DNA from: a virus
Taxonomy: Duplodnaviria > Caudoviricetes
Virus record (IMG/VR): IMGVR_UViG_3300025296_003000
Coordinates: 1 to 53,374 of that record
Reading direction: 5' to 3' (one strand)
DNA: 53,374 nt
The translations under genes were made by a program, and so were the position numbers. Below the pieces are notes generated by a model. It searched no databases, was not told the DNA's origin, and saw only the letters and a program-made list of their open reading frames with translations. This document shows, one piece after another, positions 16,982 through 25,800 of this stretch (position 1 is its first letter; the number at the start of each line of letters is the position of its first letter).

Positions 16982-17400
16982 AGGCTGTATACAAAGACTG
17001 TTTCAACCTTTTGTGCGGCAAGATGTTGGGCTCCGGAATTCATAGAGACGTGTTCGAGTGCAAGCTGCGCCCCGATCTGGTGGTTAAAGTCGAAAAGTCT
17101 GATCACCGCTACTTTGCCAACGTGATGGAAATGTTCTTTTGGGATGAGCATCACTATCGGGAAAGTGTTGCCACCTGGCTTGCCCCTTGCGAATACCTTT
17201 CACCTGATGGGCGGATTCTATTGCAGCGCAGGGCGCAGCCGATTGCCGACGAGTCTCAATTGCCGAAGCAACTACCATCGTTTTTGGCGGACCTAAAAAT
17301 GAGCAACTTCGGGATGCTGGATGGACGCGTGGTATGCGTGGATTACGCATTAAATATAACCAACGCCTCAACCCGGATGAGAAAAGCTGAATGGCGCTGA
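16978..17400 (+). CDS. Minimal protein-kinase-like protein (140 aa)
   Basis: LGSG..R.VF (Gly loop), VVK, N..E, DLK.SNFG, V..DY. Confidence 0.7.
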   Translation: MKAVYKDCFNLLCGKMLGSGIHRDVFECKLRPDLVVKVEKSDHRYFANVMEMFFWDEHHYRESVATWLAPCEYLSPDGRILLQRRAQPIADESQLPKQLPSFLADLKMSNFGMLDGRVVCVDYALNITNASTRMRKAEWR

Positions 17401-17432
17401 GAGGGTAGTTTAATGGGATTCATTCAGATCGT

Positions 17433-17672
17433 ATGAGCTGGAAAAAGCTCACACCCAGCCTGGTAGAGCATGCGAACGGGAACTGGGTCTGGAAGGTAGG
17501 TGAAAGGTTTGAGGTTTGGCTCAGGATCAATGGTTATTTGCGGTACGCAGGGATAACGGATAGCAAAGAAGTGGCCGCCCGGGTAGCAGGCGAGAACATG
17601 CTACAGATATTCAGCAGCGGAGTGGTATTTCAGAGTTTGGACGAATGGTTGGCGAAGCATGAGAGTCAGTGA
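17433..17672 (+). CDS. Hypothetical protein
   Basis: 79 aa, overlaps next gene. Confidence 0.55.
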   Translation: MSWKKLTPSLVEHANGNWVWKVGERFEVWLRINGYLRYAGITDSKEVAARVAGENMLQIFSSGVVFQSLDEWLAKHESQ

Positions 17673-18066
17673 GGAATGGTTCAAGGAGAAATTCGGGACG
17701 CTGCCAGAGCGCGGTAAGGTGTTCCGGCCTGAACGCGCCCCCAAGAAAAACAAGTACGGAGCTGAAAAGTCCGGCGGCTATGACTCCAAGCGGGAACACA
17801 GGCGCGCAAACGATCTGAAGTGTATGGAAAAGGCCGGCCTGATCAGCAAACTCAGGGAGCAGGTGGTTTATGACCTGATTCCAGCGCAGCGAGATTCCAA
17901 CGGGAAGCTACTGGAGCGAAAAGTCTATTACAAAGCCGACTTCGTTTACGTCGACAAAGATGGGAATGAAATCGTCGAAGATACCAAGGGTAAGCGAACA
18001 GCGGAATACATCATAAAGCGAAAGCTGATGTTGTGGATACATGGAATCAAGGTGGTGGAAGTATGA
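17659..18066 (+). CDS. DUF1064 PD-(D/E)xK endonuclease (putative resolvase)
   Basis: NKYGA....YDSKRE, Y.ADFVY, VEDTKG..T.EY.IKRKL. Confidence 0.88.
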   Translation: MRVSEEWFKEKFGTLPERGKVFRPERAPKKNKYGAEKSGGYDSKREHRRANDLKCMEKAGLISKLREQVVYDLIPAQRDSNGKLLERKVYYKADFVYVDKDGNEIVEDTKGKRTAEYIIKRKLMLWIHGIKVVEV

Positions 18067-18527
18067 CGAAAGAAGAAAAATTAGAGATCGATCGCCTGGT
18101 ATCCATCTACCTCAATGGCCTGATGAGCGTCACCAATGATGCTGGATGGGAAGGCATGGGCCTGCTGGATCGGCTGATTACATTCAAAGGCCAGCCGCCG
18201 CCCCCGACCGGGAACGACCAGAGCAATTTGTCCATGATCATTGCTGTCAGGCTCCTGCGCGAACAGCATGCAGAGTTTCCCCTGGTGGCCGCTGCCATGC
18301 GAGTGCTGCAGAAACGAGTCTGGGACCAGGCAATCGCCTTGTGTGCCCGCAACTACTACCTCGGATTCTGCGACTGGGCGGGAAAGACCTACACCGACGA
18401 GCATCGTGCTGAAGAGATCGGCATGGATATAAACCTGTATCGGTACAACCTTCAGAAAGGCTATCACAGCATGCAGTCGGAGCTGGAGATTGCTAGGATG
18501 TACCGCCAGATGTTTGACGCGGCCTAA
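18063..18527 (+). CDS. Putative late antiterminator (Q-like)
   Basis: Last early gene before a strong promoter/terminator pair; C-terminal HTH-like segment; call mostly positional. Confidence 0.5.
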   Translation: MTKEEKLEIDRLVSIYLNGLMSVTNDAGWEGMGLLDRLITFKGQPPPPTGNDQSNLSMIIAVRLLREQHAEFPLVAAAMRVLQKRVWDQAIALCARNYYLGFCDWAGKTYTDEHRAEEIGMDINLYRYNLQKGYHSMQSELEIARMYRQMFDAA

Positions 18528-18541
18528 CTGCAAAAAATGGT

Positions 18542-18570
18542 TTGACAAGATTCTTCTCATAAAATAACCT
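18542..18570 (+). promoter_or_regulatory. PR'-like sigma70 promoter
   Basis: TTGACA + 17 bp + TAACCT immediately after the Q-like gene. Confidence 0.75.
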
Positions 18571-18591
18571 GTAACCCTACCTTGGAAAATA

Positions 18592-19086
18592 ATGTCTCTC
18601 TTCCAAATACCTGTTCACTCCCATAAGTCATATGTTTATGCGGTTGTCTGTCAAGACAACTCAAGTGACCCAATTTACGTCAAATTTGGGCGCTCTGTTA
18701 ACATATACAAAAGACTTCTGCAGGTATGCAATTCGTGTCCGATACCCGCAAGATATTTCGCCGTTCTTGAAGTATTAAACGATGACAAGATGGTTGAGGT
18801 TGAAAAGGCACTTCACGCCAAATTTGATGAACACAGGACGTCCGGAGAATGGTTTAGGTTTGCCAACGATAAATACGGGAAAGAGCTATTCAACTCTGGA
18901 TGCAAAGAGGTTTTCAGCGCCATATTAAGGATTGGCAGCCAGTCTTGGTGGGAAAAAATACCGGCGCAAGCAATAATTGAGTACAGCAAACGACGCAAGA
19001 AGGCGTTTATAAAATCAAAACAAGGCAAGCGTCATCTTGCCAAAAAAGAATTCAACAGAAAGTTGGTGCCAAAATCTGAACGATAG
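18592..19086 (+). CDS. GIY-YIG superfamily (T5orf172/MUG113-like) nuclease
   Basis: YVY...YVKFGRS.N...RL.Q, EK.LH..F...R..GEWF; visibly AT-richer than flanks. Confidence 0.8.
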   Translation: MSLFQIPVHSHKSYVYAVVCQDNSSDPIYVKFGRSVNIYKRLLQVCNSCPIPARYFAVLEVLNDDKMVEVEKALHAKFDEHRTSGEWFRFANDKYGKELFNSGCKEVFSAILRIGSQSWWEKIPAQAIIEYSKRRKKAFIKSKQGKRHLAKKEFNRKLVPKSER

Positions 19087-19107
19087 ATTTTGAGATAACT
19101 CCCCCTT

Positions 19108-19131
19108 AAACCGCCTCCGGGCGGTTTTTTT
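19108..19131 (+). terminator. Intrinsic terminator (tR'-like) before the lysis genes
   Basis: AAACCGCC-TCCG-GGCGGTTT followed by T run. Confidence 0.88.
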
Positions 19132-19150
19132 ATGCCCAAAGGAAATTTGA

Positions 19151-19411
19151 ATGGAGCTTGATCCCCAGCACGTCATTAACCTTTTGTTCACTGCTGTTGG
19201 GGCGCTTGGCGGCTGGGTGCTGAACAATCTTCGGCAGTCCATTAACAACCTACTGGCCCAGGACGCTGCCCTTACCGAAAAAGTGCAGAAAATCGAGGTA
19301 TTGGTCGTGGGCGATTACGTTAAGCGGACAGAAATGGACAGCCTCGGCGCTGCCATATTTGCCAAACTAGACCGGATCGAGAATAAGCTCGACAAGAAGG
19401 CGGACAAGTGA
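19151..19411 (+). CDS. Putative holin-like membrane protein
   Basis: One N-terminal TM helix, charged coiled-coil tail (LDRIENKLDKK); first gene of lysis cassette. Confidence 0.6.
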   Translation: MELDPQHVINLLFTAVGALGGWVLNNLRQSINNLLAQDAALTEKVQKIEVLVVGDYVKRTEMDSLGAAIFAKLDRIENKLDKKADK

Positions 19412-19887
19412 GCCCGGTCCGTGCAATAGACATACTGATCGCAGCTTTGACGATATACGGCGAAGCGCGCGGTTGTTCGCAGCATGGCCGCCTGGCCGTG
19501 GCCCACACAATTATCAACCGCGCCAAGGAAAGAAAATACTGGGGGATGGCCAGAAGCACTGGGCACCCAGATCACAGCTTGGCAGCAGTGTGTCTGCGCG
19601 CCTGGCAGTACAGTGTTTGGAATGAGTCTGACCCGAACAGGCTGAAACTGGAAGCTCTCCGGGAAGAATATGAGCGAGCAATCGAAGATATTCATTGCCG
19701 TAACTCCCTGAAGGCACTTATAGACGCGCTGGATGGGCATGAGCCGGATCCGACTGATGGCGCCACACATTACCTGACGCAACAAGCACACGAAAAAGCG
19801 CTCAGATCAGACCGCGATCACTGGTCAAAAGGCCGCGACTACCACCTGCAAATCGGAAGTCATCGGTTTTTCAAGGGCGTTGCGTAA
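19408..19887 (+). CDS. Endolysin, SleB/Hydrolase_2 family
   Basis: TIYGEARG, AVAH.I.NR, QYS.WN..DPN, DPTDGATHY, IG.HRFF. Confidence 0.9.
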   Translation: MSPVRAIDILIAALTIYGEARGCSQHGRLAVAHTIINRAKERKYWGMARSTGHPDHSLAAVCLRAWQYSVWNESDPNRLKLEALREEYERAIEDIHCRNSLKALIDALDGHEPDPTDGATHYLTQQAHEKALRSDRDHWSKGRDYHLQIGSHRFFKGVA

Positions 19888-20603
19888 TGCCCAACTTCCG
19901 TATGCTGATCGACATCGCCACGCTCTGTAGGGATGTTTACCAGCATACGCCCCTGACCGATGAGCTTGGCATCATCGGCATGCACGACTTCAGCAACGGT
20001 CACGATTACGGATGTGCCTACATATCTGATGACACGATCTACTTTGTTGTCCGGGGCACAGACGATCGGCACGACTGGCGCAGCAACTTCAAGTTTGTGA
20101 AGCGAAAAGAGTGGTACGGGATCAAGGCTCATCGTGGTTTTGTCCAGGGCGCGCAGAGCATGCAGGAAGATATGCTCGAAGTGCTGGAGAAGTACCCAGA
20201 GCTCAATGTGGTATTCGCCGGCCATAGCAGAGGCGGTGCCATCGCTTTGCTGCTGGCAATCGCGGCTGAGTATCACTTCCCGCGCCGCATATCCAGGGTA
20301 ATCACCTACGGGCAGCCCAGAGTCAGCACCAGGGCGCAGATCCGGCAGGCTTATCACGGCCCGTACCTGCGAGTGGAGAACGGCAGCGACATCGTGTGCC
20401 GCTATCCCAAGATTGGTTACAACCACGGCGGCACGCTGCTCTACATCACCAACAGAGGTTATTTCAAAACTAATCCCGGCCCGCTGACAAGGTTCGGCGA
20501 TCGGTTATTCACATTCCGTCAGCGCAAAAGCGATCACGACCTGACGGACTATATTCAGGAGCTTGCCCTATGCGAACTCGCGCAGCTGTCATTGTCGCCC
20601 TGA
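19887..20603 (+). CDS. Class 3 lipase (alpha/beta hydrolase)
   Basis: VRGT, HRGF, GHSRGG nucleophile elbow, TYGQPRV, N..DIV..YP, C-terminal DH...Y. Confidence 0.92.
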   Translation: MPNFRMLIDIATLCRDVYQHTPLTDELGIIGMHDFSNGHDYGCAYISDDTIYFVVRGTDDRHDWRSNFKFVKRKEWYGIKAHRGFVQGAQSMQEDMLEVLEKYPELNVVFAGHSRGGAIALLLAIAAEYHFPRRISRVITYGQPRVSTRAQIRQAYHGPYLRVENGSDIVCRYPKIGYNHGGTLLYITNRGYFKTNPGPLTRFGDRLFTFRQRKSDHDLTDYIQELALCELAQLSLSP

Positions 20604-20890
20604 TCCTGTTCCTCACAGGATGCTCAGCACTTCAATCAACCAATGTGCCCGAGACAATCGCAGTCGGCTACCTGACCATCGAAACGATTGCGGACACGGC
20701 CGCTGACTCTGACATGAACCAAGAGCGCCGGGACCGGCTCAGAAAGGTGCTGCAGCAGGCAAAGGATGCTCTAGACGATGCAACAGAGGTTTATGCGGCA
20801 GGATTTGAAGGTCAGGCCCGATCAATCCTCAGCAGGGTAACAGAGCTATTACAAACGGCACAGGAGATCGTAAGCGATGGACGCAATTAA
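20570..20890 (+). CDS. Lipoprotein in lysis cassette
   Basis: Signal peptide with LTGC lipobox, +2 Ser; helical mature part; AGGAG SD. Confidence 0.8.
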   Translation: MRTRAAVIVALILFLTGCSALQSTNVPETIAVGYLTIETIADTAADSDMNQERRDRLRKVLQQAKDALDDATEVYAAGFEGQARSILSRVTELLQTAQEIVSDGRN

Positions 20891-21059
20891 GATCATTCAG
20901 CTGATCAACCTGGCACTGGATCTGGCAGCCGATGCCCATGTAAACATTCAGAAGCTGCAGGCGCTGAGAGCAAAGGCCAAGGCAGAGCAGCGAGAAATCA
21001 CATCCGACGAATTGCGATCCCTGGCAGATGATGCCCAGGAAGCAATCGACAGACTTTGA
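20877..21059 (+). CDS. Small amphipathic helical protein
   Basis: 60 aa, AGGAG SD. Confidence 0.7.
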   Translation: MDAIKIIQLINLALDLAADAHVNIQKLQALRAKAKAEQREITSDELRSLADDAQEAIDRL

Positions 21060-21727
21060 CGCAGGGTAGATCAGTGGTAGATCGCAGGACTCATAATCCA
21101 GAGGTCGCCGGTTCGAGTCCGGCCCCTGCAACCAAACAAAAACGCACCGGATTGACACCGGCAAAAGAGATATTCTGCCAGCAGGTTGTCCTCAATGGAT
21201 GGGACCAAAGCGCAGCATATCGTGTCGCTTATCCTAACTCTCAGAAATGGAAGGATAATTCGGTTCACGTCAAAGCCAGCCAGCTTATGAAAACCGATAA
21301 GGTCCGGATAAGGGTCGAAGAGCTGAAGGCCAAAGTGGCAGAGCTGGCTGAAAAGAAGTTCGAGATCGATGCTGATTACGTCCTGCGCCGGCACCATGAG
21401 ATCGACGCTATGGACGTTGCAGACATCATGGATGACGACGGCAACATCAAGCCGATCAAGGAATGGCCGAAGCCATGGCGCCAAAGCATATCCGGCATTG
21501 AGGTTACAGAGCTGACAGCAGGGAAGAGCGATCAGAAAACACTGATTGGCGTCCTGAAGAAGATCAAGTTCCCCGACAAGATTCGCAATCTGGAGCTGTT
21601 GGGCAAACACATCTACGTCAATGCGTACCGCGAGCAGGTAGGTGTTACTGGCGCCAACGGGGAGCCTATCAGGGCGACGTGGGAGCTGGTCACAGTAGCG
21701 GCAGGCGCGCGTGAAAGTACGGGTTGA
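21056..21727 (+). CDS. terS: Terminase small subunit (start uncertain: TTG 21056, GTG 21074 or TTG 21152)
   Basis: LTPAKE.FC......DQSAAYR.AY, AS.L....V..R..EL, KIKFPDK..NLELLGKH; precedes terL. Confidence 0.9.
   Translation: MTQGRSVVDRRTHNPEVAGSSPAPATKQKRTGLTPAKEIFCQQVVLNGWDQSAAYRVAYPNSQKWKDNSVHVKASQLMKTDKVRIRVEELKAKVAELAEKKFEIDADYVLRRHHEIDAMDVADIMDDDGNIKPIKEWPKPWRQSISGIEVTELTAGKSDQKTLIGVLKKIKFPDKIRNLELLGKHIYVNAYREQVGVTGANGEPIRATWELVTVAAGARESTG
21060..21134 (+). tRNA. tRNA-Met(CAT), initiator (fMet)-type
   Basis: Full cloverleaf: C-GCAGGG/CCCTGC-A acceptor with C1xA72 mismatch, GATC/GATC D-stem (A11:U24), CTCATAA loop, GCCGG-TTCGAGT-CCGGC T-arm, encoded ACCA. Confidence 0.92.
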
Positions 21728-23174
21728 GATCCCTGAAAAGCTACAGCCGTTATTTCTGAAGCCCAAGCGCTTCAAGGTGGCGGTAGGCGGTCGAGCTGGA
21801 GGGAAGTCGATAGCGTTCGGTGATGCGTTTCTGCGTTGCTGTGATGCAGGAGAGAGACTTTGTTGCGGCCGGGAGTTTCAAAACTCCATCGAGGACTCGG
21901 TTCACTCGCAGCTGAGAAGCCGGATCGATGAGCTTGGCGTTACTGATTACCTTCACGCCGAAGCGACCAAGATCAAATCACGATCGGGCGGCGAAATCTT
22001 CTATCGCGGCCTGAGCAGGAACGTCACAGCATTCAAGTCCACATTCGGTATCAAGAAGCTGTGGATTGAAGAGGCGCAAACCCTTTCCCGGGAAACGATT
22101 GAGATTGTCTTGCCGACAATTCGATCAGTACCAGGCAAAGGCGATGATCCGGATCCACCTGAGATCTGGATGAGCGCCAACCGTGGCAGCAGTCAGGATC
22201 CTTTTAGTCTGGCTTTTCTGCAGCCGTATGAGGGTGCGCTGGAGAAGTACGGCTACTACGAAGATGACGACATCATCGTGGTGGAGATCAACTGGCGCGA
22301 TAACCCATTCTTTCCCCCGGAAATGGAACAGCAGCGCCTGCGTGACAAGCGAGTCATGCCCAGGGCGCGCTATGACCACATCTGGGAAGGTAAATACAGC
22401 GATACCGTGGAAAACGCGATCATTCGTCCTGAGTGGTTTGATGCTTGCATCGATGCCCACATCAAACTTGGCTGGAAACCGCTTGGCCGCGAATCGATCG
22501 TGCATGATCCGTCCGATGGCGTGGATCCCGCGGCATACATCTATCGCAAAGGCAGTGTAATCCTTGCAGCTGATGAGTGCGCGGAAGGCACCGAGATCAA
22601 CGACGCAATGGATTGGGCGACAACAGCCGCCGAAGAGATCCGCGCCGATATGTTTATCTGGGATGGTGACGGAATGGGTGCAGGCCTTCGCGCCCAGGCC
22701 AAGAAGTCGCTGACCGGGAAACAATGTCAGCTGAGCATGTTCAAAGGCTCCCTGAGCCCCATGAGCCCGAATCAGGTATATCAGCCCATCGATGGTGAGC
22801 TGAAGAAGGCGGCAACCAATGCCAACACCTTCGCCAACCAGCGGGCACAGTTCTACTGGCTACTCAGGGACAGGATGTTTAAGACCTACCTGGCAGTAGA
22901 GCGCGGCGAGTACCAGAACCCCGAGGAAATGATCAGCTTTTCCTCAAGGATCTCGTTGATAGGGAAGATGCGGGCAGAGCTTTGCCGGATTCCGAGACTG
23001 CCAGGCGGCCGGATCCAGCTAATGAGCAAGCCCGACATGAAAACCAAGCTGAAACTCAAGAGCCCTAACCTTGCCGACTGCGTGATGATGTCCGAGTCGG
23101 CGGATTATGTGGCGGTAAAAGAATCGTATGGCGCTGGCAGTGGTCAGCGCTCCAATCCAGCAGGGTGGACCTGA
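21711..23174 (+). CDS. terL: Terminase large subunit
   Basis: Walker A GGRAGGKS, REFQNSI..S, Walker B WIEEAQ, N..DNPFFP, SPNLAD. Confidence 0.95.
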   Translation: MKVRVEIPEKLQPLFLKPKRFKVAVGGRAGGKSIAFGDAFLRCCDAGERLCCGREFQNSIEDSVHSQLRSRIDELGVTDYLHAEATKIKSRSGGEIFYRGLSRNVTAFKSTFGIKKLWIEEAQTLSRETIEIVLPTIRSVPGKGDDPDPPEIWMSANRGSSQDPFSLAFLQPYEGALEKYGYYEDDDIIVVEINWRDNPFFPPEMEQQRLRDKRVMPRARYDHIWEGKYSDTVENAIIRPEWFDACIDAHIKLGWKPLGRESIVHDPSDGVDPAAYIYRKGSVILAADECAEGTEINDAMDWATTAAEEIRADMFIWDGDGMGAGLRAQAKKSLTGKQCQLSMFKGSLSPMSPNQVYQPIDGELKKAATNANTFANQRAQFYWLLRDRMFKTYLAVERGEYQNPEEMISFSSRISLIGKMRAELCRIPRLPGGRIQLMSKPDMKTKLKLKSPNLADCVMMSESADYVAVKESYGAGSGQRSNPAGWT

Positions 23175-23175
23175 T

Positions 23176-23544
23176 ATGAGCGTAGATCTGCGCAAGATGG
23201 ACAGAGCCAGCAGGCAGTGGTTTCAGTACCTGGCTGATGCTGTGGAGCCGTTTAAGGCTGGTGCCATGCCAAAGCCAAACCCGGCAAACAAGTCCGAGGT
23301 TCGCATTAACGGCTGCCTGATTGCACTCGGCCGCGGTAAAGACGCAGGCAAGGTCCGTTTCGGCTTTCTGGCCAAGGGTGACAACGTGGTCACAGTGGAC
23401 ATTGTGGTGCGCGACATGCTCGCGGATCCGAAAGAATACATCGGCAACATGCTCGAGGCGATTAACCAAGGCCTTCAGCAGATGAAAGACGATATTCGCA
23501 TCGTCGTGCCGACCTCCAAAACGATCAATAAGGTTATTCATTGA
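23176..23544 (+). CDS. Hypothetical protein
   Basis: 122 aa between terL and portal, TGATG-coupled to portal. Confidence 0.65.
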   Translation: MSVDLRKMDRASRQWFQYLADAVEPFKAGAMPKPNPANKSEVRINGCLIALGRGKDAGKVRFGFLAKGDNVVTVDIVVRDMLADPKEYIGNMLEAINQGLQQMKDDIRIVVPTSKTINKVIH

Positions 23545-25547
23545 TGTTAGTTGCTATCAAGACGCCACAGCAGGTCACGCAGGATCGGGAAGCCGAACAG
23601 CGCGCGCGTCTTGAAAAAGAGCGCTCCGTTCAGAGCCAGAATCAGGTTGTCAGTCACCTGGCCGGCCATGTTCGCAAATGCTGGCAGATTGCCAAGCACG
23701 ACCGCTCCAGAATCAATGCCAGGCTGCTGAACTGCCTGCGCCGCCGTAAGGGCGAGTACAGCCCGGAGAAATTGGAGGCGATCAAAGCGCAGGGCGGTTC
23801 AGACATCTACATGATGATTACTGGCAGCAAGTGCCGCACAGCAAAGTCATGGCTGTCTGACCTGTATTCGCCAGTGGGCGATCGACCTTTCACCCTGGAG
23901 CCGTCGCCAGTACCGGACCTGCCGCCTCAAGTCATGCAGGCGCTCGTAGCTGAAGCTGTAGCGGCCGCTCAGGAATACGGTCTCGATGAAAAGACCATGC
24001 GCGAGTTGCTACACAAGCACCGCGATCGATTGCTTTCTGAATTGCACCAGGATGGTGAGGACCGGGCAGAGAAGATGGCCGATGCCGTCGAGGACATGCT
24101 GCTTGATGCCGGGTGGCGCGAATCGTTTGATGAGTTTCTGGACGATCTGGTGACATACCCCGCCGCGATCATGAAGGGGCTGGAGTTTCGCAAGGTAAAG
24201 ACCTTGCAGTGGCTGCAGGGGCAGGACGGACAGTTTCAGCCGGCGCCTGGCCACAAGATATGCGCGAAGGTCCGCCGCGTTTCCCCGTTCCGTGTTTATC
24301 CATCACCCAGCGCAGGCTCTGACATCGAAGGGCACTGGATGATCGAACACCACACGCTCACGCGCAGCGATCTGTCTGCCATGCGCACAGCGCCGGGCTA
24401 CAACGCTGAAGGCATTGCCATGGCATTGTCCCACTATGCAACGGGTGGCCTGCGTGAATGGATGTGGAGCGAGACAGAGCGCGCAACACTCGAAGGTCGC
24501 AGCCTGGTGCACAACACCGAGGACATTGACGCACTCGAGCTGTCTGGATCCTTGCGCGGCCAGACGCTGCTTGACTGGGGTATGAGTGAGAAGAAGATCA
24601 CCGATCCCAACGAAGAGTACGCTGTCTCGGTCATGATCATCGGCAACTATGTCATCCGAGCGCTGATCAATCCGGACCCGGCCGGCAAGAGCGATTATTT
24701 CAAAGTCAGCTGGCAGGGTGTGCCCGGTTCATTCTGGGGCGAGGCGCTGCCGGAGATCCTGGCTGATTGTCAGGACACCTGTAACGCGGCCGCACGAGCG
24801 CTGATCAACAACATGGGTTTTGCCTCTGGTCCGATGGTCTGGGTGGAGGATGACCGACTGGCGCCAAACCAGAACGTCAATGAAATGTATCCGTGGAAAG
24901 TGTTTCGGAGCAACAGCTCTCCGAATGGTGGCGCTGGCCAGGGTATCGGTTTCTTCCAGCCGCAAAGCAATGCTTCTGAGCTGATGACGATCTACGAGCG
25001 GTTTAATCGATACGCCGACGACATTACCGGGCTGCCTTCCTACGCGCACGGCTCTGATCAAGGCGCAGGCGCTGCAAAGACTGCCAGCGGCCTGTCCATG
25101 CTGCTCAACGCGTCCAGCAAGGGTATCAAGATGCTGATCCGGTCGATTGACATCTACCTGATCGAGCGCCTGGTAGCGAAGTGCTACAACCACCTGATGC
25201 TTTACAGCGATAACCCGGACATCAAGGGCGATCTGAGACCCAAGGCCCGCGGTAGTGAGTCGCTGGTCCACAAAGAGCAAGCACAGCTGCGTCAACAGGA
25301 GCTGCTGCAGATCACTGGCAATCCGATCGACATGCAGATCCTGGGGCTGGAAGGTCGCCGGGAAATGCTGGGCGAGGTATTGAAAACCGGATCTTTGCCG
25401 GTAGACAGAATGCTCCCCTCTGCTGAAGAGCTGCGCGAACGCCAGGCGGCCGAAGCGAAGAAGATGCTGCAGGCAGAGCAGGACAAATTAAACGCTCAGA
25501 ATCAGCCAAAGGTGCCAGATGCTCCAGCGATACAAGCTACTGCATGA
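23544..25547 (+). CDS. Portal protein
   Basis: 667 aa after terL; V.PF..YP.P, SFWG....IL.D.Q...NA..R.L..N, TASGLSML. Confidence 0.88.
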   Translation: MLVAIKTPQQVTQDREAEQRARLEKERSVQSQNQVVSHLAGHVRKCWQIAKHDRSRINARLLNCLRRRKGEYSPEKLEAIKAQGGSDIYMMITGSKCRTAKSWLSDLYSPVGDRPFTLEPSPVPDLPPQVMQALVAEAVAAAQEYGLDEKTMRELLHKHRDRLLSELHQDGEDRAEKMADAVEDMLLDAGWRESFDEFLDDLVTYPAAIMKGLEFRKVKTLQWLQGQDGQFQPAPGHKICAKVRRVSPFRVYPSPSAGSDIEGHWMIEHHTLTRSDLSAMRTAPGYNAEGIAMALSHYATGGLREWMWSETERATLEGRSLVHNTEDIDALELSGSLRGQTLLDWGMSEKKITDPNEEYAVSVMIIGNYVIRALINPDPAGKSDYFKVSWQGVPGSFWGEALPEILADCQDTCNAAARALINNMGFASGPMVWVEDDRLAPNQNVNEMYPWKVFRSNSSPNGGAGQGIGFFQPQSNASELMTIYERFNRYADDITGLPSYAHGSDQGAGAAKTASGLSMLLNASSKGIKMLIRSIDIYLIERLVAKCYNHLMLYSDNPDIKGDLRPKARGSESLVHKEQAQLRQQELLQITGNPIDMQILGLEGRREMLGEVLKTGSLPVDRMLPSAEELRERQAAEAKKMLQAEQDKLNAQNQPKVPDAPAIQATA

Positions 25548-25800
25548 TGATCGCAAGCGACTGCAGTTTTTGCAGGCGCTGGCAAGGCTGAAGCAAACAG
25601 ACGATTTTCAGCTGCTGGTCGATGTACTGAAACAGGCGCAAGCCAATATCGACCGCAACAACCGAAAAGCCGCCGCCCCTGATTTCCAATGGAACCAGGG
25701 CGCGTCGCAATTCCTCGATGAACTGCTATCAACCATCGGCGATGCCGAACAATTCAGCAGGGACTTAAGGAAGCAAATCGAGAGACAAGAAACACCGTAG
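25519..25800 (+). CDS. Small head-region protein
   Basis: Helical ~90 aa with QGA motif between portal and scaffold. Confidence 0.65.
   Translation: MLQRYKLLHDDRKRLQFLQALARLKQTDDFQLLVDVLKQAQANIDRNNRKAAAPDFQWNQGASQFLDELLSTIGDAEQFSRDLRKQIERQETP

Noticed and set aside
17401-17430. GAGGGTAGTTTAATGG resembling a tRNA 5' end
   Set aside because: No anticodon arm, T-arm or acceptor partner
21071-21775. 234-aa minus-strand ORF and other ORFs crossing the tRNA
   Set aside because: Antisense to terS and the tRNA; typical spurious translations
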